NCBI RefSeq assembly: GCF_014280175.1 | Contig: NZ_CP047931.1 | Span: forward strand, 2,160,001-2,192,000 | DNA: 32,000 bases | Direction: 5' to 3' | Source: Synechococcus sp. A15-28 | Lineage (GTDB): Bacteria; Cyanobacteriota; Cyanobacteriia; PCC-6307; Cyanobiaceae | Shown: positions 1 to 8,303 of the stretch, one piece after another | Layout: every line of letters begins with the position of its first letter | How positions within the stretch are numbered: position 1 is the stretch's first letter | Notes under the pieces: generated by a model | What the model was told of the DNA's origin: nothing | The model's input: only the letters and a program-made list of their open reading frames with translations | The model's database searches: none | Program-made: the position numbers and the translations under genes

Positions 1-1
1 T

Positions 2-1303
2 GCTCTGGAAGTGGTTCTGGGCACGATTGCTGAACTGCGGATCAACAGTGAAGACGAAGCTTTACAGCGGCAGATCCAGGAGCAACTGACCCCTCTGATT
101 GGCAGTGTGCTTCACATCCCCACGCTGGAAAAGGAACTTGCTCGCGCCCGCCGACGAGGAGCTGGAACGATCAAGGGAGGGATGGGACGCCTGGGCAGCG
201 ACCCCACCAAAGCGATGGTGAATCTCACGATTACACCTGCCGAACCGGAACCACTCAACGGAGACATTGCCCTCGGAAACAATGGCAATGTCGGAAGCGG
301 TGAATGGCGTGGTGTCGCCACGCTTCTCCAGAAAGGTCTGATCGAACGAGGGGACACAGCCCTGCTGTTTCTGGAGTTGAACAGCGATGGTGATCTGGAG
401 TTAGGTAGCAAGGTTGCCTCTCTCACCTACACCTACCCTCTCGGGGACAACTGGTCGGTCACAGGGTCCTTCGGCGTCAGCTTCCGCCGCTTTGTGGAAT
501 TTCAGAAGCCGGCTTACAACTTCAGTTTCCGCACACTGCAAGGGCTGCTGCAATTGGAGACAACTCTGCAGGAGTCTGAAAATTTCACATGGACCGCTGC
601 AGCAGCATTCAGCACCAATCGCAGTGACAGCTTCAAATCAGGGCGCAGTTTCCCGCTTGTCAGCGGCGGTGGAAACGATGGCTGGTCTCACAGTGGTTTT
701 CTCAAACTCAGCACCAACGTTGGTGGATTCACCGGACCGCTGTTCTGGAACACCAATGCTTATTTCAGCCAGGGCATTGCCGGAGTGACCCTTGATGAAC
801 ACCTCCACAACTTGGATGTTGCAGGAATTGAACCAGGCGAGGCTCGTGCTGTCGGAGCGCTGACTGACATCGGTTTAAGCCTGTCTCCAACGACCACCGT
901 CAACATCAGATTGGCTGGTCAGCTTGCCTTCAATCGCCTGCCAGGAAGCATGAGCTTCGGTCTCGGCAGTGCTGTAGGCCTACGGGGACTTCCAGGAAGT
1001 CTGATCGGAGGAGATAGTGGATATCTGGCGACTGGGGAAGTTGTTTGGACCCCGTGGCAGAAGGATGAACAAAGGATTTCTCTCATTCCCTACCTGGGTA
1101 TCGGTGGTGTTCACACCGCTACGAGTGTTGCAACTCTGGAAGACAGCATCGGGGTGACCGGGCTGATCGGCCGCTATCAAAACGGCCGATGGGAAGCGGA
1201 ACTCGGCTGGGTCGACACGTTTAAGTCAAACGACAACCCGGGGCTGTGGAACGACTGGATCCTCGGCCACGGGCTGCACACCATGCTCCGTTACAGCTTC
1301 TGA
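2..1303 (+). CDS. ShlB/FhaC/HecB (TpsB)-like two-partner secretion outer-membrane protein, 5'-truncated by the window edge
   Basis: The ORF stays open upstream of the listed GTG at 11 to the window start (gct ctg gaa gtg gtt...). The sequence begins mid-protein with a POTRA/linker-like segment (LRINSEDEALQRQIQEQLTPLIGSVLHIPTLEKEL..), followed by beta-barrel-like alternating segments and a terminal aromatic (GLHTMLRYSF). Stop TGA at 1301-1303. Confidence 0.65.
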   Translation, partial: ALEVVLGTIAELRINSEDEALQRQIQEQLTPLIGSVLHIPTLEKELARARRRGAGTIKGGMGRLGSDPTKAMVNLTITPAEPEPLNGDIALGNNGNVGSGEWRGVATLLQKGLIERGDTALLFLELNSDGDLELGSKVASLTYTYPLGDNWSVTGSFGVSFRRFVEFQKPAYNFSFRTLQGLLQLETTLQESENFTWTAAAAFSTNRSDSFKSGRSFPLVSGGGNDGWSHSGFLKLSTNVGGFTGPLFWNTNAYFSQGIAGVTLDEHLHNLDVAGIEPGEARAVGALTDIGLSLSPTTTVNIRLAGQLAFNRLPGSMSFGLGSAVGLRGLPGSLIGGDSGYLATGEVVWTPWQKDEQRISLIPYLGIGGVHTATSVATLEDSIGVTGLIGRYQNGRWEAELGWVDTFKSNDNPGLWNDWILGHGLHTMLRYSF

Positions 1304-1304
1304 A

Positions 1305-1763
1305 TCAACCCTCGACGCGCCAGCTCTGGTCAGACGGTGTCCAGTCATTGAGTTCGGTCGCACCAAACCAGAGACCAATTTCAAATTCAGCTGTTTCCGG
1401 CGCATCCGATCCATGGATCACATTACGGCCGATGTTGACCGCCAAATCGCCGCGGATGGTGCCGGGCTCAGCTTCAAGAGGCTTGGTGGCCCCGATCAGC
1501 TTGCGGGCACTGGCGATTACCCCATCGCCTTCCCAAACCATCGCCACCACCGGGCCGGAGGTGATGAAGTCAACCAAGCCAGCGAAGAAGGGGCGCTCCT
1601 TGTGGACGCCGTAATGCTGCTCAGCCAGCTCGCGGCTGGGGGTGAGCTGCTTCAGACCAACAAGCTTGAAACCCTTGCGCTCGAAGCGGCCGAGAATTTC
1701 ACCCACCAGCCCGCGCTGGACGCCGTCGGGCTTAATGGCGATGAAGGTACGTTCGGCGGCCAT
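1305..1763 (-). CDS. ndk: nucleoside diphosphate kinase
   Basis: [38 protein letters not shown]... with the active-site motif [20 protein letters not shown]. 152 aa. The ATG at 1763 is preferred over the longer ORF start. Confidence 0.97.
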   Translation of the reverse strand: MAAERTFIAIKPDGVQRGLVGEILGRFERKGFKLVGLKQLTPSRELAEQHYGVHKERPFFAGLVDFITSGPVVAMVWEGDGVIASARKLIGATKPLEAEPGTIRGDLAVNIGRNVIHGSDAPETAEFEIGLWFGATELNDWTPSDQSWRVEG

Positions 1764-1867
1764 AAAAAAAGTCCGTGTGTCGCGCCATCGTCCGTGGCCA
1801 CCCTGCCGCTTGGCAAGCACACCATTCCGAACAGTCTCTATCTTTTAGAGATTCTTACCCGCACGCC

Positions 1868-3808
1868 ATGGTCTTGACGGCGGCTGAACGGCCCTGGTCT
1901 GTGGCCCAGAGCGCGGCGTTGTACGGCCTGGAGCGCTGGGGCGATCCCTACTTCTCGATCAACGCCAAAGGACATGTCGTGGTGCAACCACGGGGGGATC
2001 GTGGTGGATCGCTTGATCTTGTGGAGTTACTGCAAGGGCTCGCAGCACGCGATCTGCAAACGCCACTCCTGATCCGATTCGACGACATCCTTGAAGATCG
2101 GCTGGATCGGCTGCATGCGGCGTTCGAACGGGCCATTGCCCATTACGCCTACGACGGTGTCTATCAGGGTGTGTTTCCAATCAAATGCAACCAGCAACGC
2201 CATGTGGTGGAACATCTGGTGGATCGAGGCAGCCGCTGGAATTTCGGCCTTGAGGCAGGAAGCAAAGCGGAACTTCTGATCGCGCTGTCGCTCACCTCCA
2301 ATCCCGAAGCTCTGCTGATCTGCAACGGCTACAAGGATCGTCGATACATCGAAACCGCCATCCTGGCCAGACAACTCGGCCATCAACCGGTGGTGGTGAT
2401 CGAGCAGGCCGATGAGGTGGAACGGATCATCCAGGCCAGCAAGGCTCTTGGAGCCTCACCTTTTCTTGGCATTCGAGCCAAGTTGTCCAGCCGCAGTACA
2501 GGTCGCTGGGGCAGCTCTGTAGGAGAGCGAGCCAAGTTTGGTCTTGATCTCACCGAAATGCTGCAGACCGTCCGTGCCCTGGAGGCCGCCGGGTTGCTGC
2601 AGGACCTTCGCCTGCTCCACTTCCACATCGGCAGCCAGATCAACGACATCGCTGTTTTGAAAGATGCTTTGCAAGAAGCCGGTCAGATCTATGTAGAGCT
2701 GACACGTCTCGGAGCCCCGATGGGGTACCTCGATGTAGGAGGAGGTCTGGGCATCGACTACGACGGCAGTCGCACCGCCTCGGCGGCATCCACCAATTAC
2801 TCGCTTCAGAACTACGCCAACGACGTGGTGGCCACCGTGCGGGAATGCTGCGAAGCCCATCAGGTGCAGGTTCCAACCCTGGTCAGTGAAAGCGGTCGGG
2901 CCATTGCCAGCCACTTTTCAGTGCTGGTGTTCGACATTCTTGGCTGCAGCCAAACCCCGACCGAAGAACCTTCAGCGGCGGTCGATGAACCCCTCACCGT
3001 TCGCAACCTGAGGGAGACCCTTCACAGGATTCGTGAGGTCAAGGGGGAGTCCGATCCCGAGATGCAACTGCTGCAGGAAAGCTGGAATGACGCCGTGAAA
3101 TTCCGCGATGACGCCCTGTCGGCGTTCCGTCTCGGCTACATCCGCCTGGAGCAGCGCGCCATGGCCGAGCAACTCACCTGGTGCTGTGCCCGAGAGATCA
3201 ACCGCAGGCTGCCAACCAAGGCCCCGATCCACGAGGATCTTCGCGGCCTGCAACGGGCGCTGGCCTGCACGTATTACGCAAATTTGTCCGTTTTCAGGTC
3301 AGCACCGGACACCTGGGCCATCGATCAGCTCTTCCCTCTCATGCCGGTTCATCGTCTCGATGAACAGCCAACGGAGCTTGGTCACTTCGCCGATCTCACC
3401 TGCGATTCCGACGGCAAACTCGCCAACTTCATCGACGCCGGCCAGAGCAAAAGCCTTTTGGAACTGCACCCTCTCAAAGATGGAGAGCAGTACTGGATCG
3501 GACTCTTCCTCGGGGGTGCCTACCAAGAGGTCATGGGCAATCTCCACAATCTGTTTGGCAGCACCAGTGCCGTTCATGTTCGATTAAACCCCCGGGGCAA
3601 TGGCTACCTGCTGGACCACGTCCTCAAAGGGGACACCAACGCTGATGTTCTTGAGGAGATGCAGCATGACCCGGAGCTGATGCTTGAGCGGCTCCGACAG
3701 TCCTCTGAAGCTGCAATCCAGGGAGGAACATTGCAAATCGAAGACGCCAGGCTGCTGATCAGCCATCTCAGAGCCAGTCTGGATCAAACGACCTATCTCC
3801 AGGGATGA
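1868..3808 (+). CDS. speA: biosynthetic arginine decarboxylase
   Basis: 646 aa from MVLTAAERPWSVAQSAALYGLERWGDPYFSINAKGHVVVQP. PLP-binding motif CNGYKDRRYIETA and glycine-rich VGGGLGIDYDGSRT, with a C-terminal HVRLNPRGNGYLLDHVLKGDTNADVL segment. Confidence 0.95.
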   Translation: MVLTAAERPWSVAQSAALYGLERWGDPYFSINAKGHVVVQPRGDRGGSLDLVELLQGLAARDLQTPLLIRFDDILEDRLDRLHAAFERAIAHYAYDGVYQGVFPIKCNQQRHVVEHLVDRGSRWNFGLEAGSKAELLIALSLTSNPEALLICNGYKDRRYIETAILARQLGHQPVVVIEQADEVERIIQASKALGASPFLGIRAKLSSRSTGRWGSSVGERAKFGLDLTEMLQTVRALEAAGLLQDLRLLHFHIGSQINDIAVLKDALQEAGQIYVELTRLGAPMGYLDVGGGLGIDYDGSRTASAASTNYSLQNYANDVVATVRECCEAHQVQVPTLVSESGRAIASHFSVLVFDILGCSQTPTEEPSAAVDEPLTVRNLRETLHRIREVKGESDPEMQLLQESWNDAVKFRDDALSAFRLGYIRLEQRAMAEQLTWCCAREINRRLPTKAPIHEDLRGLQRALACTYYANLSVFRSAPDTWAIDQLFPLMPVHRLDEQPTELGHFADLTCDSDGKLANFIDAGQSKSLLELHPLKDGEQYWIGLFLGGAYQEVMGNLHNLFGSTSAVHVRLNPRGNGYLLDHVLKGDTNADVLEEMQHDPELMLERLRQSSEAAIQGGTLQIEDARLLISHLRASLDQTTYLQG

Positions 3809-5697
3809 AACGCGTCAGAGGCCTGCTGCAACGCATCGCTCCCTATACGGCAGCGATCGTCGCACTGCTCCTGCTGCGCAGCACCGGATTGGCTCAAACC
3901 ATTGACCTCGTGGTCTATGACCTGATCACGACTCAACGCCCCGCTGCCTCAGGCAAGGACACGCCAATCACCCTGATCGGTATTGAAGAAAGCGACATTC
4001 AGCGCTTTGGCTGGCCCATCGATGATGGGCTGTTCTGCCAAGGATTTGATCAGCTCAACGCCAGCGGAGTCGACGTCATTGGCTTCGACATCTATCGGGA
4101 CAAAGGCGTCGGACCAGATCAACAATGCCTGCGTGATCGCTTCCAAAACGAACCGACGCTGGTATCGATCTTCAATGTCGCCTCAGGCATTGGTCCGGTA
4201 CCGGGGACACCGGTTGAGCGGCAGTCCTACAACGATCTGAGCCTGGATGCCGACGGAATTCTTCGCCGTGATCTGGTCCATGTCACGGGTCAAGATGAAG
4301 CCACGGTGTCCTTCGCCATGCGGGTGATGGAAATTGCCACAGGTGACCGAAGCCTGCGGGAAGCGATGGATGCTGGCAGGCACGAGGACGCCTGGCTCAG
4401 CGCGAATGGAGGTGGCTACTACAACGAAGTGGATGCTGGTCTGGGACTGCAGACGCTGCTGCGCTTCAGAGATCCCTGGAGCTATCCCCTCTATTCACTC
4501 GCCCAATTGCTGGACGGGGAAATCCCCGAAGACGCGATTCGCGACAAAATCGTTCTAATCGGCAGCACGGCACCCTCTCTTAGGGACCTGTTCAACGTGC
4601 CCCAAACCCGCTTCACCCGAAGCGAAGAGGTGTTTCAGGTGTCCGGTGTAGAAATTCACGCCAATCGCGTCGCCACGCTGCTCGAACACCAGGACGGCAG
4701 CATTCAGGTCGGCTGGATCATGCCGGGCTGGGGCAATCAGATGCTGTTGGTCCTCTGCATCGGCCTCGGAGCACTCCTTGGCGAGGCAGTGCCCAAACTG
4801 CGGCGCAGCGTTGTTTTGGTGCTGGGACTCGGTGCTGCTTTGACCGGCGGTATCGGTTGGCTTCTCTGGCAGCAACATGTCTGGGTGGGCATGGCGATGC
4901 CAATAACAGGCTTGCTGAGCATGGGTGGGGCCGCCTGGATGCGACGGGGCGCCATGAGCCAGCAACATTCTCAACAGATCAAACAACTGCTCGGGCAAAC
5001 AACATCCCCGGCGGTGGCTGATCAGCTGTGGAACCAGCGCGATGAACTGCTGAGCAACGGACGCTTCGATGGCCGGCAGTTACCGATCACCGTGCTGTTC
5101 ACAGACACAGCCAACTTCACGAGCGTTTCGGAAGGGCTCAGTCCCCGTGAACTAATGGATTGGTTGAATCGAGGGATGGAAGTCTGTGTTCCCGCTGTGA
5201 CCCGGCGCGGTGGGATGGTGAACAAATTCACCGGTGATGGCATGCTTGCCGTGTTTGGGGTGCCTATTGAACAGGACGTCCAAGCCGAAGCCACAGCAGC
5301 CATCGAAGCCGCGCAGGAAATCAAGGCCGGATTGGAGAAGCTAAACCAACAGCTCCAAATCGATGGCGAGCCCGCGATGCGGATCCGAATGGGCATCCAC
5401 TCCGGCGATGCCCTGGTGGGTTCGATGGGAAGCCCTGAACGCATTGAATATGCAGTCATCGGCGACACCGTGAACTGCGCCTCCAGACTGGAAAGTCTGG
5501 ACAAACAGCGGCACAAAGGTGTGCTGCGGGTGTTGCTTTCCAGCAACACCCTGGACCTGCTGGAACCTGACTTCCGCAAGCAATTAGAACTGGAAAACTG
5601 GGGGCCGATGCACGTCAAGGGGCGAGACGAGCCCCTTGATGTTCATGAACTCAAGATGGACACCGCACCGGAAGCACCTGAGGCCACTCAGCCGTAA
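3805..5697 (+). CDS. CHASE2 sensor domain-containing class III adenylate/guanylate cyclase
   Basis: N-terminal CHASE2-like extracytoplasmic region (GKDTPITLIGIEESDIQRFGWPIDDG, FDIYRDKGV, IVLIGSTAPSLRDLFNVP), then TM helices, then a class III cyclase domain (VLFTDTANFTSVSEGLS, VNKFTGDGMLAVFG, YAVIGDTVNCASRLES). Confidence 0.92.
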   Translation: MKRVRGLLQRIAPYTAAIVALLLLRSTGLAQTIDLVVYDLITTQRPAASGKDTPITLIGIEESDIQRFGWPIDDGLFCQGFDQLNASGVDVIGFDIYRDKGVGPDQQCLRDRFQNEPTLVSIFNVASGIGPVPGTPVERQSYNDLSLDADGILRRDLVHVTGQDEATVSFAMRVMEIATGDRSLREAMDAGRHEDAWLSANGGGYYNEVDAGLGLQTLLRFRDPWSYPLYSLAQLLDGEIPEDAIRDKIVLIGSTAPSLRDLFNVPQTRFTRSEEVFQVSGVEIHANRVATLLEHQDGSIQVGWIMPGWGNQMLLVLCIGLGALLGEAVPKLRRSVVLVLGLGAALTGGIGWLLWQQHVWVGMAMPITGLLSMGGAAWMRRGAMSQQHSQQIKQLLGQTTSPAVADQLWNQRDELLSNGRFDGRQLPITVLFTDTANFTSVSEGLSPRELMDWLNRGMEVCVPAVTRRGGMVNKFTGDGMLAVFGVPIEQDVQAEATAAIEAAQEIKAGLEKLNQQLQIDGEPAMRIRMGIHSGDALVGSMGSPERIEYAVIGDTVNCASRLESLDKQRHKGVLRVLLSSNTLDLLEPDFRKQLELENWGPMHVKGRDEPLDVHELKMDTAPEAPEATQP

Positions 5698-6286
5698 CGA
5701 TGTCTCCCAGTCCGAATTGATCCAGGGTTGCCCGAGCCGGCACGGTGGCACCACAGCTTTGACGCAGCTTCTTCAAAGCAGCTTGAACGGGAGCATCACT
5801 GGCATCGGGCTCTGGCACCAGGAGGCTGACGGCTGGAGGAGAAGCCGTTTCCACAAAAGACAGTGGGTCAGCGCTGGCCGCACCGTCGGCGGATGCACAA
5901 TCAAATTCAGACTCCCAGATCGTGGGGGTGCTGATGCTGGAACCACTTATCAAGATCAGTGCAGCGGGCGCCGCAGGGAGAGTCTGTGTGCTGGAAGCCC
6001 CTTCTGACTCTGGTTTCAAGCTGATCTTGAGACTGACGGGGTTGGCTGTTGGTCCCTGCACCAATCCCAGCTCAGATGAAGCTCCTGGAGCAAAGACACT
6101 GCTATCAGGCACAAGATGAGCCAGGATTCGGGCGCTGCATTCTCCCCGCGTACCACCACCGACCCTTCGACCAGGGAAACTACTTCTCAGATTGGCCTGG
6201 GCTACTGCAGTCAGCGGCATGATGCCCTGCAGGATGGCGAGTCCTGCTCCCATCAGGAGGCATGACTTAGCTGGAGATGCCGTCAT
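5651..6286 (-). CDS. secreted hypothetical protein, DUF928-like
   Basis: ATG at 6286 (the ORF extends to a TTG at 6295). Signal-peptide-like N-terminus (MTASPAKSCLLMGAGLAILQGIMPLTAVAQA) followed by PGRRVGGGTRGEC..ILAHLVPDSS and LGLVQGPTANPVSLKISL, which resemble DUF928 proteins by recall. The 3' end overlaps the cyclase 3' end by 47 nt. Confidence 0.6.
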   Translation of the reverse strand: MTASPAKSCLLMGAGLAILQGIMPLTAVAQANLRSSFPGRRVGGGTRGECSARILAHLVPDSSVFAPGASSELGLVQGPTANPVSLKISLKPESEGASSTQTLPAAPAALILISGSSISTPTIWESEFDCASADGAASADPLSFVETASPPAVSLLVPEPDASDAPVQAALKKLRQSCGATVPARATLDQFGLGDIVTAEWPQVLPVRCPS

Positions 6287-6367
6287 ATCGAGCAAAGAAA
6301 CTCAGACCCAGCCTGGCAAAAACCGCAAATCTTGGCAAAAAAGCGGTCGGCAAATTGGGCAGAGAAC

Positions 6368-7861
6368 TCAAGAGTTCATGAGCTTGCTGAAGGTCTGAGT
6401 CATGCGTTCGACCAAACCCATCTCGAATGTTTTCTTCTCTTCTGCCGTAAAGGTCTTCAAGTTGGCTTCTCGCGTGGCCATCACCTTGGCAAATTCAGCC
6501 ATAGCAGCCTGATTGTTGAGGAAAACAGCTTCTATTTGACGCTGACTAATTTCCTGAAGCTTCACATGGCCGATTGCTTTGATCCAAGCGGTGCGCGGTG
6601 CATCCGTGAGAGCCGAGATCTCTCCAAAAATCGTTCCAGACTTGAGTTGCGCGACTTCCATCATGGAGGCCGAATCGGATGGATCCGGGATGAGGACTGC
6701 GCAGCTTCCTTCCATGATCACAAACATCGAACCACCAACCTCTCCTTTCTTCACCACCAGCTCTCCTGGGCCAAAACCAAGCAGGCGATCGTTGGACACA
6801 ATGCTTCTGATTTCATCATCTGACAACGAAAAGAAGAGCTCGATATCCCTAAGCTTATGAAAACTTTTTTCCTGTGCCTCGCCACTCCGACGGATCTGCA
6901 ACTGCCGTAGAGACCGTTCAGTACGCAAATCAAGAGTTGAATGTGGTAGTGAATATCCAGCACGTTCTATGGCATACCAAACACTGGAAAAAATCTCAGT
7001 TCGAATTCTGTTGCGGCCCGCAAAGTCGGCAATGAAGAATTTAAGTGCATAGTTAATTGAGTCACTATCAACCGATCGGATACCAACTGCATTCCGCTCT
7101 TTGTTAATGATTTGAATATGGGAATTTAAAATCTCCTTCAAGACCTGCATTGCCTGACCAGGAGGCATGGCCAATGGGAGACCGATTTCAACTTCAAATC
7201 TATATTCACCGTGAGAGGGACGAGAGTAATTAATGGTTTTACTACGATCAATGAGGGAGTTGGGGACAACGATGTAGCGATCATCCGTATCGTCGTAAAG
7301 ATACGTACTGTTCCACGAAATGTTTTCAACCCGACCCAACTCACCGGCTATTTCAACCCAGTCACCAACGACATATTGACGCTCGACCTGAACAGCAAGA
7401 GCCGATGAGATGTTCCCGATCTGCGTAGCGGAGCCCGGGCCAACGATGAAAGCAAGGCCGCCAAGAACTGCTGCAGAACCTACCGTTGTTAAGAGACCCT
7501 GGCTATTGAGCTCGGTCGCCACAACGGCAAAAGTAGCAGCCACAAGGGCCAAGTCCTTCAAGATCCGTGGTGGCGCTACCTTTCTAGGGCTGAGACGGAT
7601 GAGCAGCACCCACACCACATCAAGGCCCAGCTCTACGAAGGCGACATAGAGACCGGTTTTGGCTATTACAGCGATCCAATTAACAATGTCTCCCTCAAGC
7701 CCTGAGGCTGTTACCACATTGCTCACAAGAGCCGCAGCGAGAGACACACGGAAAAACACCATGCTGGGGATGAAGCGACTCAGTCGCGTTCGCCCTTGCT
7801 GACGCATACGCCCGAACAGGAATGTCAGCAGAAAAAGAAGAAGTAGAAGCAAACTTCCCAT
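6368..7861 (-). CDS. MscS-family mechanosensitive channel with C-terminal cyclic nucleotide-binding domain (bCNG-like)
   Basis: N-terminal TM helices, an MscS-like core (AATFAVVATELNSQGLLTTVGSAAVLGGLAFIVGP...RQYVVGDWVEIAGELGRVENISWNSTYLYDDTDDRYIVVPNSLI) and a cNMP domain (GELVVKKGEVGGSMFVIMEGSCAVLIP...GTIFGEISALTDAPRTAWIKAIG). Confidence 0.92.
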   Translation of the reverse strand: MGSLLLLLLFLLTFLFGRMRQQGRTRLSRFIPSMVFFRVSLAAALVSNVVTASGLEGDIVNWIAVIAKTGLYVAFVELGLDVVWVLLIRLSPRKVAPPRILKDLALVAATFAVVATELNSQGLLTTVGSAAVLGGLAFIVGPGSATQIGNISSALAVQVERQYVVGDWVEIAGELGRVENISWNSTYLYDDTDDRYIVVPNSLIDRSKTINYSRPSHGEYRFEVEIGLPLAMPPGQAMQVLKEILNSHIQIINKERNAVGIRSVDSDSINYALKFFIADFAGRNRIRTEIFSSVWYAIERAGYSLPHSTLDLRTERSLRQLQIRRSGEAQEKSFHKLRDIELFFSLSDDEIRSIVSNDRLLGFGPGELVVKKGEVGGSMFVIMEGSCAVLIPDPSDSASMMEVAQLKSGTIFGEISALTDAPRTAWIKAIGHVKLQEISQRQIEAVFLNNQAAMAEFAKVMATREANLKTFTAEEKKTFEMGLVERMTQTFSKLMNS

Positions 7862-7892
7862 CGTTCCTTGCCCGTCTAAATTCAGAGTTGAA

Positions 7893-8252
7893 TCATCGAA
7901 TAATCATCACACATAGTACCCAAACCAACTTGCAGCCCCAGTGCAGGATTTGATCAATGATGAGCTTGTAACCGAGCCTACATTTTCCGAAGTCAATCAA
8001 GAAATGACAGACCATTTCTGCCACCCCCAAGGCAGGGATGCCTGTCAGAAGGGCAACAAAAAACCCATGGGTGCCAGTGTGGGCTGAGAGCCACCAGCGC
8101 CAGTTCAGAGTCACGTCCTTGCCAGGACATTTCTCCACCGCCATTTTGTCGCCCTGCAAAGGGAAATCAGCTACAAAGTGACCAAGCAGCAAAAGGATGA
8201 GCAGGTTCAACGGGTGCTCTGCCGATACAAAAGAAAGAGTCATGCCGCTCAT
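7893..8252 (-). CDS. DUF3307 domain-containing membrane protein
   Basis: LLLLGHFVADFPLQGDKMAVEKCPG...WRWWLSAHTGTHGFFVALLTG...HFLIDFGKCR...LIIDQILHW matches the DUF3307 pattern. Confidence 0.8.
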   Translation of the reverse strand: MSGMTLSFVSAEHPLNLLILLLLGHFVADFPLQGDKMAVEKCPGKDVTLNWRWWLSAHTGTHGFFVALLTGIPALGVAEMVCHFLIDFGKCRLGYKLIIDQILHWGCKLVWVLCVMIIR

Positions 8253-8303
8253 CTTTTAGGTATTCCCATCGTGGCTGCTGCCGCTGCGAATTCAAGTCAA
8301 GTC

